Positions 63,256-64,000 of a stretch of DNA of 64,000 nucleotides are shown piece by piece. The notes beneath the pieces were generated by a model. The model was not told the origin of the DNA. It saw only the letters and a program-made list of their open reading frames with translations, and ran no database searches. The stretch is from an uncultured Ulvibacter sp. GTDB lineage: Bacteria > Bacteroidota > Bacteroidia > Flavobacteriales > Flavobacteriaceae. Position 1 is the stretch's first letter. Every line of letters begins with the position of its first letter. Position numbers and translations under genes: made by a program. The stretch spans positions 13,317 through 77,316 of the forward strand of contig CAJXZB010000013.1 in NCBI GenBank assembly GCA_913063405.1, given 5' to 3'.

Positions 63256-64000
63256 TTAAATACTTAAATAGTTAATAATCGTCGTTTGAACATAGTAATT
63301 CTTGACAGATTCAATTTGATTTATTTGAAACTTCAATTGTAATTCTTGAATATCCAAAACGTCATTGAAATCAATTGTCCCCGTTTCGTAACTTTTTATG
63401 AGTATCCTCTCGGCATCCTTTGCCTGTTGAAGATTCTTAGATTGCGTATCATAACTAATCCTTGACGACACCCTCGCCTTTAGCGCTCTGTCTAACAAGG
63501 TTTCCAACTTATTCAATCGTTCCTCTTTTTGAAAAACAAGTTCCTGCTTCATCAGTTCATTTTGCCTAGTTTTTGATTTATATTTTTTATTAAAAACAGG
63601 AATTGAGAGCGATATCATTGGCATAAGAATGTCCTTCCCATTATCGTCAAAAACCATGTTTGGTCGTTCCGAAACGGCTATATAGTCTAATCCAAAACCA
63701 AACATTGGACTACTCTCTTTTTGATTTAATAATTCTGATTGTGAAACCGATTCATATAGCATATCATATTGGACCAGTTCAGGATGCAGTTTCAGATTTT
63801 TTTGATTAAGTGATGCCTCTTCTAGTGGCATTGAGAGAACATCTACCATCTCAACGGTTATTGAACTATCTCGATTCAATAATTGGTTAAGAGCCGTTTG
63901 TTCGGCTAAGAAATCCTGTTCAAGTACTTTTAGCAATTGTTCCAATTCATTTTGGCGCATTTGTAATCGCAGCACATCTACTGCAGATGCTTTTCCCACC
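63256..64000 (-). CDS. TolC family outer membrane efflux protein (5' end outside the window)
   Basis: DVLR, HPEL, SLSIPVF and SYETG..DFNDVLD motifs. Confidence 0.88.
   Translation of the reverse strand, partial: VGKASAVDVLRLQMRQNELEQLLKVLEQDFLAEQTALNQLLNRDSSITVEMVDVLSMPLEEASLNQKNLKLHPELVQYDMLYESVSQSELLNQKESSPMFGFGLDYIAVSERPNMVFDDNGKDILMPMISLSIPVFNKKYKSKTRQNELMKQELVFQKEERLNKLETLLDRALKARVSSRISYDTQSKNLQQAKDAERILIKSYETGTIDFNDVLDIQELQLKFQINQIESVKNYYVQTTIINYLSI

Noticed and set aside
57333-64000. Calling the copper cluster a mobile element
   Set aside because: No integrase, transposase or att duplication is visible in the window; only adjacency to a tRNA

Overview
Chromosomal window from a Flavobacteriaceae (Bacteroidota) genome, probably marine. 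This is inferred from the AT-rich sequence, TAnnTTTG -7 promoters, xrtF, the mevalonate genes and the gene order. Most of it is housekeeping backbone: topA, miaB-sigma54 activator-lptE-secG, groESL, purH, mreBCD-mrdA-rodA, prc, surE, lpxB, comEC, dpp4 with two POT transporters, HMG-CoA reductase, ppiD, lptC, coaX and tRNA-Phe. Two metal loci stand out. The first (10.4-19.0 kb) has two back-to-back TonB-receptor operons, each with a small Cys-rich, PPP-containing protein followed by an RNA hairpin or a 4x16-bp repeat upstream of the transport genes; these are candidate metal-sensing ribosome-arrest leaders. The second (57.8-64 kb) is a Cu/Ag efflux cluster beside tRNA-Phe that carries an unexpected acetolactate-decarboxylase-fold lipoprotein. 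Three genes are interrupted: a DUF6090-like gene with two compensating frameshifts, a deletion-fused lipoprotein/HlyD relic, and a split lipoprotein with a Cys-rich hydrophobic tail. A shared TGCCA-N3-TGTCA motif and sigma54-like elements may link the orphan activator to groESL. No CRISPR array, rRNA, integrase or transposase was seen. All family assignments come from motif recognition by eye, with no database search.
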